64,000 nt of DNA, from NCBI RefSeq assembly GCF_000485595.1, contig NW_014577084.1, positions 118,431 to 182,430 of the forward strand, given 5' to 3'. Below are positions 13,879 to 30,704 of this stretch, piece after piece (the first letter of the stretch is position 1; each line of letters opens with the position of its first letter). Made by a program: the position numbers and the translations under genes. This DNA is from Priapulus caudatus. Its lineage: Eukaryota. The notes under the pieces are model-generated. The model was not told the DNA's origin and did no database searches. It saw nothing but the letters and a program-made list of their open reading frames with translations.

Positions 13879-16800
13879 TAGATATATATACAGGGTGCGA
13901 AATTAACGGGAGTCCGGAGTCAAATACTCCCTGATTTACTGTCGGACTCCCTGATTTGACATATGCAGGAGTCCGTGTGACTCCCTCAAAATTTTGCCAT
14001 ACTAACTAGTTCGTTCCGGAGCACGGCCTCGCGGAATTACTGTATTTTTTCAGCTAATGCCCAAAGAAAATTTGGCAGACGTGCAACTGCATGAATCTTA
14101 AAAATAACCACATGCGTATTAATATCTTTAATTTTGAACCACAGACTGCGGACTAGCTCATTTTGCTGCGGACTCCCTCTTTTTGAGGGTAGGGAGTCCG
14201 TTGGACTCCCTTGTTCAAAAGTTAATTTCTACCCCTGTATATATATATATATATATATAATATTGATTTTGGCTATGTCACTCTTGTATAATTATGTGGC
14301 TATTTATAGGATATCTGCTTATTTAGTGTCATAGGTAGTTTTCACGTATAGTTTGATAAAACTATTCTGTCTAGCACATATCTACTAGACCTTCTATATT
14401 TTAATGTTTATAATTCTAATTCATGCCACTCCCCTGCCTGCAGAATGCTGGCAAACTCAGCTGACAACCAAACAAAATTCAACTGCACAAACTTGGATGG
14501 GATAGATTCACCACCAAGGAGTTCTATGTTTGAGAATGTAGCCAAGGTGGCCATCATGATACTGGCTGCAGTGTTTGTTCTTAAGGAGGTATGTGAATCC
14601 TAGTAGGATCATAAGGCTACATCTTGCTATACTTCAGTTGGTTTTCTTTTCCTTTTAAAACTTGAACGTGCCTATGGTGGTCGGACAATGGAGCCCTCCA
14701 TCATATAGGTTGTAGAATGATCTATCAAGCTATTTGTCACATTTTACTTGTAGACAATTATGTAGAATAAATTTAGAATATCAAATAAAACATGACATAT
14801 AAATAACTTTCTGTGATATAATGATTGTCTCATCAACAATTTTTGAAAAAGTGTAATTGTAACTGTTTAATTATAAAATTATTGTTTCTATCATATAAGA
14901 AATATCGAGCAGAGAGGAGATGCAAATGACAGAATAGTCATGAAGTCCTGTGAAAATCACGCAGTCAATGTGCAGTAGGTGTATCATGGCAGTTGCATAA
15001 TTTTCGCTTCATTTTCGTAATAGGTGTTTCAGATCTGTGCTTTTCGAAAGAGGTACATTGCGTTGGAGAATCTAGTTGAGTGGGGATCTTTCATCTCAGC
15101 TCTGTTACTCGTTATAGACTTCACAAACTGTTCAAAGCAAACAGGAATAAGAGAGGTATGTGCAATAAGAACTACAGGAGCTATGTACAGGGAGCTTTAT
15201 TTAAGGAGACGATACACATGAAGGGGCACGTGCAACGTCTAAGAAGGCAGAATAAGATCTACACTTGTAACAATACGTGGTAGCTAACGCCACCTATTGT
15301 TGTGATGTGAGAGTGCTCGAGAGAGGATAAAGATGGAGACTGTTCCTAACACAACCTAACAAGTCCTACCACACGGGGTTCCTTCGTTGTATTTTTATGA
15401 GTTGATTTATAACAATTGGTCATGAGAAATATTCAGGCCCACTGATCAAATTAGCCTTATGCTATATTTTAATGTGTAGATGGCCATGCCATGGGTCTTA
15501 ATTACATTGGAATGTTACATTGCAGGACTGGCAGTGGCAGCTAGGAGCTATTGCTATCTTTCTGGCTTGGATTGACCTGATCCTTTTCATACAGAAAGTG
15601 CCTCAGTTTGGAATTTATGTCGTTATGTTCACATGGATCTTCTCCACATTTTGCCACTTCTTCGTCGTCTTCTTTCTTTTCATCGTCGCCTTTGCCCTGG
15701 CCTTCTATGTGCTTCTACAGAACCAGGTAGGTCCACAACATTCAGTCGTATCCTCTGCAAAAAAAGCAAGCAGTGCAGCAGTGCACCGCATGCAATACAC
15801 TAGCAATCTTCAAAGTCGCCACTTTTTCCTTTTCACTTTTTGATTTTGTATTACACTTAGTAGACATCAACATTGCAAACTAACTCCTATTGTCGTTTAC
15901 TTCTTTTGTCCAACTCCTCTATTTTAAAATTCATTTTGTCGGGAAAGCTTATCGAGGCCCGTTTCGTACTTTTGCCTAGCTTCCTTTCCGCGACCCGTGG
16001 AATTCAATACTGAAAACAACCATCATGATGATCGGCGAATTTGAGTACGACGCCTTGTTCAACTCTGGGTCGACGGACGAGGGGCAGATAGTGCACTACG
16101 AGATCACCTATGTCATCTTCGTCATCTTCATCATGATCATGACGATTCTGATCATGAACTTACTGGTAGGTAGTGTGCAATCCTAGTTTGGGACCCCTGC
16201 ATATATAGTTCCCATATATGCTAAATTAATCCAGGGTACTTGTAAGCGGGAATCACCCCTACTCGGGAAGTTTGATCGAACCACGAACGAACTTAATCGA
16301 TTTTGTCGTTACGTCAGGTCGGTCTGGCAGTCGATGACATCAAGGAGGTGCAGAACAATGCAGTACTGCGTCGTCTTGCCATGCAGGTGGAACTCACGCT
16401 CGGTGTCGAAAATCTGCTTCCACATTGGCTGCGCAAAAAGTATGTGCCATTGGCCGACTAACCGACCAAGTGCATGCGCTAACAGTGAATTTACTATGTA
16501 CTGAGATGAATTTTTACTTTGACCAGTCTCACTCCTATTAATAAAACTGATTATCTGTTACCATTTTCGTAATAGGAATTTTCAAAAAAGCACGTGTTCT
16601 CTCTCTTCCTCTCCTCCGTAAAAATAGCACCTATCAAAACCTGCTTTTTTCCAAAATTGTGGCATGATCTGTACCTACTCTGTACTAGTTACGCTGTGAT
16701 GTTTTTTTGCAGCCATGTAAAAAATTTTATGTTTTCACATTGCCATTATTGATATTGTCAGCTTTGGTCTCATTGTCTGTGTTCTCATTAATGTGAAGAA

Positions 16801-17758
16801 ATACAAAAATTACATGCTTACATTTTTCGTATACATAGTTGAAACGTTTAATGATTTATATTTTTATGGAACGTTTAAAAATGGTATCTTCTGATTCACC
16901 ATCGTTTTGTATTTGGCCTGGCGTTTATAATTACTCATTAAATAAGTTCATTCGGTTGGTAGAATAATATAAATAACAAAGTTAATTTTTACTCAACCGT
17001 GCAAATTTGAAACGTACCGCTGACGTTTCACCTCCTGTCAGGAAGATTTCTCAAAGCAAACTGATGTTAATCAGTTTTGACCACCAGATGGTGTGGTGGT
17101 CAATAGCTTGTCAGCGGTACGTTTCAAACCAGCACGGTTGAGTAAAAAAAATTAACTGTTATTTATATTTGTAATTACTTCTACATTAATAGGTTCATAG
17201 TTAAAGAAATAGCAGTCTCTCCGAACCTCTATAAGACTCATAAGTGGACGCGGATCTTCTATAAAAGCACAACAGACAAGGAGTCTTTTGCGACTTTGCT
17301 CGAGGGTGATCAGGTAACTGTTGGTTATACATACGTTTACTATATACAAGCAGGTGGCATACAACCGGTGTTGCTTTTAATAGTGTATTTTCTCGTAGAC
17401 GTCATAGTATTATGACACAAGTGTTCAAATGCATACGCCCTTGTGCGTACAACATTGTGAAATGAAACGAGTACGTTTAGTAAGAATAAAATACTGCAAC
17501 CAAAACACAGGTTCGTTGTAATTCTGGGGATCGATCACCTGATGACCTTTTACTAACTCTATCTCTCACCGATTTCAGAAAGAGCTACAGTCCCTACAAG
17601 CTAACCACGACGAGTTGCAGCGTAGCATCGACGTCCTGCAGTCTCGCATGACGCACGTAACTCGCCAGAATGCACGCGTCATGAGCCTGCTCACTAACAT
17701 CGCTCGCGCCCAGAACATACCGTGGGAGACCGAGGATAAAAACGAGCAATTTGAGTAG
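1132..17758 (+). CDS. TRPA1: TRPA1-like transient receptor potential cation channel (N-terminal ankyrin repeats, 6 TM segments, TRP-like helix, C-terminal coiled coil), ~1251 aa, 25 coding exons
   Basis: Exons rebuilt by hand with GT-AG ends and consistent phases: 1132-1151 (tentative first exon, MTTAKTS), 1834-1966, 2088-2253, 2675-2790, 3136-3282, 5346-5468, 5992-6108, 6411-6629, 6895-6988, 8020-8215, 8606-8789, 9076-9272, 9580-9726, 10348-10459, 10827-11085, 11746-11899, 13033-13138, 13565-13743, 14444-14588, 15024-15155, 15526-15726, 15980-16165, 16318-16439, 17193-17313, 17579-17758 (TAG). Total 3756 nt, divisible by 3. Many TPLHxAA ankyrin motifs; pre-S1 HPLVTMLLKRKW; S4 WQWQLGAIAIFLAW; pore MMIGEFEY; S6/TRP helix MNLLVGLAVDDIKEVQNNAVLRRLAMQV. 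The first exon and exon 3136-3282 are less certain than the rest. Confidence 0.95.
3565..3999. mobile_element. Tc1/mariner-type (pogo/Tigger-like) MITE
   Basis: TIR GTACACAATTTATTATCCGAAA / TTTCGGATAATAGATTGTGTACTG with internal TCCGAAA motifs; TA on the left flank. Confidence 0.6.
4015..4680 (+). mobile_element. Interspersed repeat, Helentron-associated (HINE/DINE-1-like) structure; second copy at about 19619-20225
   Basis: Starts ttagctcatctgac-ata-gtcagatg (short hairpin) followed by a (GCGT/CCGT)n microsatellite. About 600 bp is shared with 19619-20225. Family assignment rests on structure only. Confidence 0.65.
7080..7835. mobile_element. 756-bp foldback (long inverted repeat) non-autonomous element in a TRPA1 intron
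   Basis: Arms at about 7080-7412 and 7500-7835 are near-perfect reverse complements; termini ATCAGAAGTAGATAATAGGGAAGG / CCTTCCCTATTATCTACTTCTGAT. Confidence 0.9.
10438..10608 (+). repeat. 45-bp tandem repeat (about 4 copies) spanning a TRPA1 exon end and its splice donor
   Basis: ccccaccgacatatcaaag|gtatgt begins at 10441, 10486, 10531 and 10576. Confidence 0.95.
13891..14237. mobile_element. 347-bp MITE inserted in a (TA)n microsatellite
   Basis: TIR CAGGGTGCGAAATTAAC / GTTAATTTCTACCCCTG; multiple sub-terminal GACTCCC/GGGAGTC motifs; (TA)n on both sides. Confidence 0.8.
16981..17156. repeat. Short inverted repeat (~45-bp arms) with a Penelope-like, degenerate hammerhead motif
   Basis: Arms 16981-17024 and 17110-17156. 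The minus strand contains CTTTGAGAAATCTTCCTGACAGGAGGTGAAACGTC. Confidence 0.5.
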
Positions 17759-17922
17759 CCGCGTCGTCGTAGGCGTGCGGGAAGCCGGAAACACAAAATG
17801 GCCGTTCGTGTATTCGTCACGGCCAGCGAGTGAGTGCGTTTTCGTAGTCACGTACAAATGACGACATGTCTGTGGATGGCCGGATATCATAAGAAATATC
17901 TGCCATCCATTCCTAGTCATTT

Positions 17923-17928
17923 AATAAA
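17923..17928 (+). promoter_or_regulatory. Candidate polyadenylation signal of the TRPA1-like gene
   Basis: AATAAA about 165 nt after the TAG stop at 17758. Confidence 0.4.
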
Positions 17929-19618
17929 TGTAGATGTTGGCAACTGCTATGATTGTGGATGGCGTGATTTCATGAAAAATATTTGGCATCCGTTTCTATC
18001 CATGTTATATATATATAGATGTTGGTACTTATATAAACTAAAATCAAATCAATAACGATTTAGGTATTCTTGGTGGACGTTAGTGTGCAAGTCAAATTCA
18101 CATATATTGACATATGGGTTTTAATAGGGGTTACATTTGTTGGACGATGACGAAACTTTAAATGATTGATAACCGCGTCTTCATCATAGAACTAATTTTG
18201 AAATACGGGTTTGAATTGCACGTGTCCATTAATTATTGCACGATGTGCGAAGTTGTTCAAAAAATTGGCCACTGAATAATTTTACCACCAGGGAAGAAAT
18301 TTCACTACGATGCTGATAGCAAATGCCTTGGTTGCTTTATTTGCTGTGCATGGTGAACTAAATTTGAGCTTAACCCCAAGTGGGCGTTTATCTTACCGCA
18401 ATCAATTAAAATTCAAACCTGTGTAGACCATTAATAACATATCTGTTACGTATATAATCAAAAGCGTATTAAGAAGGTTCTTCTTTATACTTATATCTTT
18501 TTCTCGTATAAGAAGGCCTTCTTTATACGCTCTTGAAATAATTAATAATCTGCCCATAAAATAATCTATGTAGATTGCCGTGCATATCAATGTTTATCAT
18601 GTACTAATGAGTGGGTGCATGTACACGTGTTAGCAGACACTATTGTGTGTGCGTGTGTGCGTGTGTGTGTGTGTGCGTGTGCGTCTGCGTGTGCGTGTGC
18701 GTGCGCGTGCGCGTGCGCGTGCGCGTGCGTGCGTGCGTGTGTGTGTGTGTGTGTGTATGCGTGTGTGTGTGTGTGGCGTGCGTGCGTGGCGCGCGCGCGG
18801 TGCGTGCGCGCGTGCGCGTGTTCGTGCGAGTTTGCGTGTGTGCACACGTGGAACACGTGTGTGCACCTTGTTGAAACGTCGTACTCTGCAGTAAATGTTG
18901 TGAACTTAATGCTGTATTAGGATTTGAGAGCGGACTAACACAAGGTGGTTTTCCCACTGCTCGTCTGAAATGAACCATAAATCGTGGGCAATAATCTAGT
19001 CTCAGGTCAAATAATCTCTGTTATCCCTGTTACTCTATACAGATAAATTGTGTTAGGGATTATATTGAAAAGCATCATAATTGCACCAATAATTTCACTG
19101 GATCTCATAAATTTACCTTTACCAAGTTCGCAAACCGACCTGCGTAGTGCTCATAGGCTGCGTTCATTTGATCTATTATCAGTGGCAGCAGAAAAGTTTT
19201 ATTTTATTATAATTATTAATCAAATACATGCAACGAAATGGACCAGTAAGTATCAGGATCTTAGCCAGAACTGGAAAATGAATAGTAACTAATTTAAAGG
19301 ACCAGATGTATTTTCGAGTAGTATTATATGTTCGGATTTCGATCGAGAATGTGTCATAATGTGACAAGTGCAATCTATTTCTATCTGTAGGGAAACGTGT
19401 TTATATATATTCTGTTAATAATTCGAGAGTTGAATTTACAATTAACAGGCTTCATCATTGAACCCTACGACTAGCAACGACATTTTCTTTATGCATACTT
19501 TAGAAATATCATAATTGTATCCTACATCATCAATTTTATTAAATAATGTATTGATTGCGTATTCTACTCGATATAGTATTTGTGACACAGATTTCGATTA
19601 CTTAAAATTATATCTCAT

Positions 19619-20225
19619 TTTTAGCTCATCTGACATAGTCAGATGCAGCTTTAGAATTCGCATGATCGTCCGTTCTCCGTTTCTCCGGGCGTCCGTCCGT
19701 CAACAGTTGGGCACAAATCTTAACCGCTCGACGTACGGTCACGATATACGCACATTGGGCGGGATTCGTCAAAACGAGTTGGGATGTCGAAGCTGGGGGT
19801 CAAAGTCAAAGCTCAAGAGGTGTAAAAGAAGGGGGAACATTCACTCCTTAACTTAAGGTAATAGGAGGAAATGCAAGAATTGCGCACAAATCTAAACGGC
19901 TCGCCCTAGGCTCGTGATATCGTGATAAGCATCATGGTAGGTAAAGCATCACTGTGTCCGAAATTGGAGTCACTAGGTCAATAGGTCCAATGGGCACAGG
20001 CAGATTTTAGAACATATTCTGAGACATGGTCTACGGAGCGATTGAAAAACTTTTTGTTTCAGGCGTTGACTAGCATTTAATGGCTTATGAACACGCCGCC
20101 AGGACCATGAAATTCACTTCTGCTGACTATGCGAAGAGTAAGTGTCTGATAACCTTTTGACATCTCAAGAATGGTTAAACATGATTGTGACTGCTGTTAG
20201 AAAGAATTGACTGCCGGTTTGGCTA
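19619..20225 (+). mobile_element. Second copy of the HINE-like interspersed repeat at 4015
   Basis: Colinear with about 4015-4610, with many small indels. Confidence 0.65.
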
Positions 20226-21305
20226 TAGAAGTCATACATGCCTGGAGTAGAGTCTACAATGACAGTGAAAATTCAAAGCTAAATTTTGGTTAAAGAAGGT
20301 TTATGCTCCTTAAATCGTATAATTATATGGCATCGTATGCATATGTTAAATGTAACGTATTGCCACTGCCAGTGCCTGCTGCTAGGCAATGATGACAGTG
20401 TTGACAGTTTTTGCCTAGCGTTAATTGGTCGTGTGCAGTGCGCTCTCTATTTGCAGCCTGTAGGCCTTGCGTAGTAAATGTGATCTTACCTATTCTGTCC
20501 TTTGCAGAAGTTTGCTACAGGCATACTACGTATGATGGAGTCCATCTTAATCTGAAGACACTTTAAACTGTTACGCGCCATCTCGTGCAACTTTCAAAAC
20601 GATCCAACGAACATCTTTTGAGAAGGTCCTGATTACCATCTCCATGTGCATCGCCACTGTTTCGTCATTTATGTGAACTACATTTGACAACACGGTTACT
20701 AGAATCCACCACATCCACACACAGAGCCACGCGAAGTAGACGTTAATTACGCTGTCGCTATCGCAACGTTTAATAAGCAGCTTAACTATGCATCATTTTA
20801 TAGGATGTAATACAAAAACAATTGGTTTCTTTAATAGTATCATTACCTATATATATATATATAGATATATATATAGATAGATAGATAGATATATCCACCG
20901 AACTTGTACCTGTTAAAATATGTTTGAACTAGTTAAACATTGAAAGGTTTAGGGGATATCATTCTTGTACGGATATTAGTGAATTGGGCGGGATAGCGGT
21001 TCTTATGTGAAGTGCTTGCATCACGAGTGTTTGTTCATGTCGAATGGAATGGCAAACAGCATGTAGAACAAAACAGTTTAATCATAAACAGAAAACCACA
21101 ACTTGTTTCATAGTTTTTATTTCGCTGTTTATTTAATAATATAATAAGTTGTTAATTAATAATATACATATTATAAATATTTACTGACAGAACCAAATGA
21201 GTGTATGAGCATGTATATGCCCTCTAGATAAAATCGCCACAAATAGCACAGCTTAGTTCATTTCTATGCACTCGGCACGTTGTAGGCTCTGTAGTGTGAT
21301 ATATT

Positions 21306-23590
21306 TATCCCACAAAACATTGCTTCAAAAACTAAAAGAAATAGGATTTGACACATACTCTACAACACTGATTGATAAATACTTAACAGACAGAAAACAG
21401 AGAGTGCAAATTAACAACACCACATCAGAATGGGGGGCTATTGTTAGAGGAGTCCCGCAAGGTACATTACTGGGACCGTTACTATTCTGCATATACATCA
21501 ACAATATACCAAACATACTCGAAAAATGTGAACTGACACAATATGCTGACGATACATGTATATATGCTACAAATTCAGATCCAAATGAAGCTGTTAATAC
21601 ACTGCAAATAAATGTGGAAAACAGGTATTCGATTACCATAATTTACAAATGAACCCAGACAAAACAGAATTCATGCTATTTTGCCCCAACAGTAATAAAA
21701 TTGTGGACACTAACAAAATTGAGTTGGAAATAAGTAACAACTCGATACCACAATCGAGAACAGTAAAAATCGTTAGGTATGTATATAGATCAGCATTTAA
21801 CGTGGAATGACCATACCAGGGGCGTGTACAGGATTTGTACCAGGGGGTGGGGGTCTAACCGTAACCCAAACTTGCAAGCACGCGAAGGGGTGGTCCGGAG
21901 GGCCCTCCCCCAGAAAAATTTTGAAATTAGACCCCCTTAGATGCGTTTTCTGCGTTCCCCCCTGTACACGCCCCTGCATACTGACTACATAGTAGACAAG
22001 ATGAGTACAAGTATTAGCTTCCTCAGACAGATACGGGGTCAACTACACACAAACATATAGCTGCAAATATACTCGTCACTCTGCCTGTCGCATCTCATAT
22101 GTGGAAATACTCTGTTTATAAATCTCCCCAAATCAGCTTTAGATAGACTAAACACACTACAGAATTATGCTCTACGCATATTATAACAGGTTATTCCCAC
22201 AAAAACGCTACATCACAGAGACAGACAGGAGCAGCTACTAGAACTAGAGAGGAACTAAAAGTACCTCCAATCGAATACCTAATTAAATACCACATACTTA
22301 TATTTATATACAAATACATCCACCATCTAAACAAACCACTTAGAAATAATCCCTTATCTTACCTGACAAATATTACATTAAATTCAAGGACACTTAAATT
22401 AAAACAAATAACAACAAGTAATATGTATGGACACAACTCACTCACTAAGGAGGCAATAAACCAATGGAATAAACTACCAATAGACACAAAAAGAAAGCCT
22501 TCACTTCGCCCATTTAAGAAAATGTTAAAAAATACAATTTTAACAACATATAGCAGATAGGAGAACAATGTTGCATTCTGAATGAATATGTGTCTATATT
22601 TATATAAATGTGTGTGTCTGTGTGCGTATATGTAATAAGTAATGTATGTAATGGTGTACGTATGAGTGTCGATATGGTACCTTAATCACTTTGCTTGTAA
22701 AGACTTTACTGAAGTTTTTTTCTGGTATCAATTTTTTCTTCATGTTGTCTTTCACTTTACTTGTACAGACTTTGCTGAAGTTTTTTTCCTGGTTTCTATT
22801 TTTTCTTCATGTTGTACGCACTGTTTTGTACTGTATCACTCAAAAAATTTATCATTTTAACTACTCAACACTTGCATTTATCAGTGTGTTTATATTTATT
22901 TAAATGTAAGTGTGCGTGTGTGTGTGTGTGCGCGTATATGTATGGAATATGTAATGTATGTCATATGTATATAATGGTGTACGTATATGATTATCAAAAG
23001 ATGTTAAAGTGTACCTTAATTACTTTACTTGTACAGACATTGCTGAAGCTTTTTTTCTAGTTTTTATTTTTTTTTGATGTTGTATGCACTGTTTTGTACT
23101 GTATCACTCAGAAAATCTATCACTTTAACTGCTCAACACTATTTCATTTATCAGTATGTCCATATTTATATAAATATAAGTGTGTGTATGTGTGCGTATG
23201 TTTGTGTAATATCAAGAGTGCATAATAGAGATATATGCTCTATTATGCACTCTTGGTAATATGTATATAATGGTGTACGTATGAGTGCCAAAATGATGTT
23301 AAAGTGTACCTTAATCACTATACTTGTATAGACTGCTGAAGTTTTTTTCTGGTATCTATGTTTTCTTCATGTTGTCTTAATCACTTTACTAGTACAGAAT
23401 ATGCTGAAGTTTTTTTTTTTTTTTCATGTGGTATAGCATTGTAATTGTACTGTATCCGTCAGAAATTTTATCATTTTAACTACTCAACACTATTGCTTTT
23501 ATCAGATTTTTTCTCCATTAAAAAATTGTCGTCAGTACATGTATTTGTATCTGAATTCATGTAATAAAGATTTAATAATAATAATAATAA
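21306..23590 (+). mobile_element. 5'-truncated, decayed CR1/L2-type LINE (reverse transcriptase C-terminal half, internally repetitive 3' region, (AAT)n tail)
   Basis: YLTDRKQRVQIN...RGVPQGTLLGPLLFCIYIN...QYADDT, then (frameshifted) MNPDKTEFMLF and LGMYIDQHLTWNDH, and later WNKLP. AATAAA followed by (AAT)n at about 23563-23590; assigning 22570-23590 to the element is tentative. Confidence 0.85.
21817..21976. mobile_element. 160-bp MITE inserted into the LINE RT region
   Basis: TIR CAGGGGCGTGTACAGG / CCTGTACACGCCCCTG with 5-bp target duplication CATAC (21812-21816 and 21977-21981). Removing it restores WNDHTDYIVDKM. Confidence 0.9.
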
Positions 23591-23673
23591 TATAGGAATC
23601 TCTAAAAGTGGCAACCTGATTATGTAAGCTGTTTACCGCAACCTGCTGTACGGTGCGTTATATATAATATAGG

Positions 23674-23727
<54 letters not shown>

Positions 23728-23728
<1 letters not shown>

Positions 23729-24077
23729 CTGCGTTCACACGTATACACGGCTTAGCTGGTACCGTACTTAGTTGGTGCTAAGTTCGGGATAAAATGCGTT
23801 CACACGAGCTACACGAGATTTTAGGCTTAGCTAGCTAGGTATAATATAGACTGGTACCCGGTCGACAGTTCCACACGCTACCCTAACGTCGTGCAGCGAA
23901 CGGGTAACAGTCTAGTTTCACACGACAATCAATACGCGCCCAGCGTGGTGCCGAATATACGCGGCTTAGTTGGCGCGGAATATGATTCCGCGCTAAGCAA
24001 GCCGGAGCAATCGCGGCTAAGCAAGCCGCGTATATTTTAGCGTGTGAACGCAACTAAACTCCTCGTGTGAACGCAGC
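23728..24077. mobile_element. MITE (PIF/Harbinger-like TIR) with a nested smaller element at 23847-23914
   Basis: TIR GCTGCGTTCACACG / CGTGTGAACGCAGC, repeated sub-terminally. The inner element has TIR TAGACTGGTACCCG..CG / CG..CGGGTAACAGTCTA. Confidence 0.75.
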
Positions 24078-24082
24078 AATAT

Positions 24083-24126
24083 ATCAGAAGTAGATAATAG
24101 GGAATCTTCTATTATCTACTTCTGAT
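24083..24126. mobile_element. 44-bp minimal derivative of the 7080-7835 foldback element
   Basis: atcagaagtagataatagggaatcttctattatctacttctgat has the same termini and almost no interior. Confidence 0.8.
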
Positions 24127-24135
24127 ATATATATA

Positions 24136-25318
24136 ATGTATATGTATAATGTATATGTCTTACTATATAATATACTATAATGCGTATGCCTACTTAATAT
24201 ATTGACAGAAAGTTCACCGTACTCGCCACTCGCTGGTGAGTGATGAGTTCCTGTCGTTAAACAGTAATTTACTCGGCAACGGAACTCGGTGTTAAGGCGC
24301 TTGAACTTTGGGATTGAATGACTTCCTTAACGGAAGGTATCATTGCGAGCTGTGTTGGTGATCGGAGTAGCCATTCGCACATTTCCTATAACTTTCTAGA
24401 ACTAACAGATATAACGGGAGCTGTTTCTCATAGCGATATGATAATTACGAAACCAGGGGGCCGTTGTCAGAAACATCGTTAGCTACTTTTAATGGTTAAT
24501 GTTTTGATGTTTAATGTAATGTTTTAATTTCAATGTTAATGCTAATTTTGTTTCTGGCAACGGCCTCCAGAACTATAGGGATTGAGACTGGTAGAGCGGC
24601 TCTTCAATTGAAGATTGAACATAGGTGGGACATGTTGATCCATCATTATGCATACTATAATGACAGGTAATCATTTATCTCCTGATGGGTCAGGAAAACT
24701 ATGCTAGAACTATTCTAGAATACAACACTACCAGGAGTTAGATAACCGCAGATATGTCTGCTGATACATCTGAAGCTATTTATACTAAAATATTTAACAC
24801 TAATCCCACGACCCCCTTGTCTGAAAATTCTAGTGAAATTCGTCTGAAAAATGTAGGCGAGTATTATGTATGTAGGCGAGTATTATATGCGTGTAGTCGT
24901 GTAGGTGAGTAAGCGCGTAGGCGTTAGTATTAGATTCACGCACCGAGGAGAATAGATTCGTTGGACCAAGGAGCCTCCCTGCTGAAAACCTTGTTATTTT
25001 AACGGCAAAATTTTGTCATTTCCAACATTCTAAGATCGTTTTTAGAGCGTTCACATTCATACAGTGTGCTCAGTATTAATTAGTATACCAGAATAGATGA
25101 TCAAAACTCGTCACCATCTATCCCTCTCCAGAGAGATATACGAACTCATGGTCTCTAAGTAATCCGCCTATATATAGCACTATAGCTCTATTGCGAGTTT
25201 TGCAGCGCCATAATTATAATAACTATCAATACGAGGCATAGATTGGTGGTTCATTAATGTGTTTCGCATGTGCAGCTAATGCGGAATCATTATATGATGC
25301 CGTAGAGACGCGTATAAT
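24136..25318. repeat. Segment A (globin 3' flank), duplicated at 28085-29259
   Basis: Colinear near-identical sequence with scattered SNPs and small indels; both copies contain the same short MITE. Confidence 0.9.
24457..24567. mobile_element. 111-bp PIF/Harbinger-like MITE (duplicated at 28423-28533 as part of segment A')
   Basis: TIR GGGGCCGTTGTCAGAAACA / TGTTTCTGGCAACGGCCTC with 3-bp CAG target duplication. Confidence 0.7.
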
Positions 25319-25495
25319 TGCGGCACAGAATCTGTTCCATAGAATCTCCCCTACGCAGATGGGGATATATGGGTTTTCGGTCCATAAGTTAGTTATTAAT
25401 GTGAGCTTTTGGCGTAGCTGATTGAAATGCGTGCATTTGGCAATATAATCAAGAGCTAATAATACTTAACAGGCTACTCGTCTATCTATCTCTAT

Positions 25496-30230
<4,735 letters not shown>

Positions 30231-30704
30231 GTCTGTGTCTCCGGAAACGGCAAGTGTGCTGACTCTGACTCAGGTTATTCACAAACCACTCACGTAGCTG
30301 TTTCTGGGTTTGAAAAAAAGGGACGTATTTGCACTGATATTTCTTTTGGATCACAGTAGGTCTACCCACGTGAAAGCGATAACAAAATTGTATAGTATAC
30401 GCGTGAGTGCGTGCGTGCTGTGTGCGTGCGTGCTGTGTGCGTGTGCGTGTTCGTATGCGTGCGTATGATTTAACTGTTTTAGAATTGCCACAGTCGGAGT
30501 GCGACTGTCTAACCAAGGCAATATCCTCACACCGCACACTCGATGGCAGATTACTTCACTTACTGAACTTCACTTAAGTTCGATGACACGTGATGATGTG
30601 TGGCGTGAAATCCTAATAATCGATTATGAATTTTTTTAACACTGATCACGCCTCTATCACAGAAACTCGCGAAGTCTGTCAAAGGTAAACGTTTTGCATA
30701 GTTA

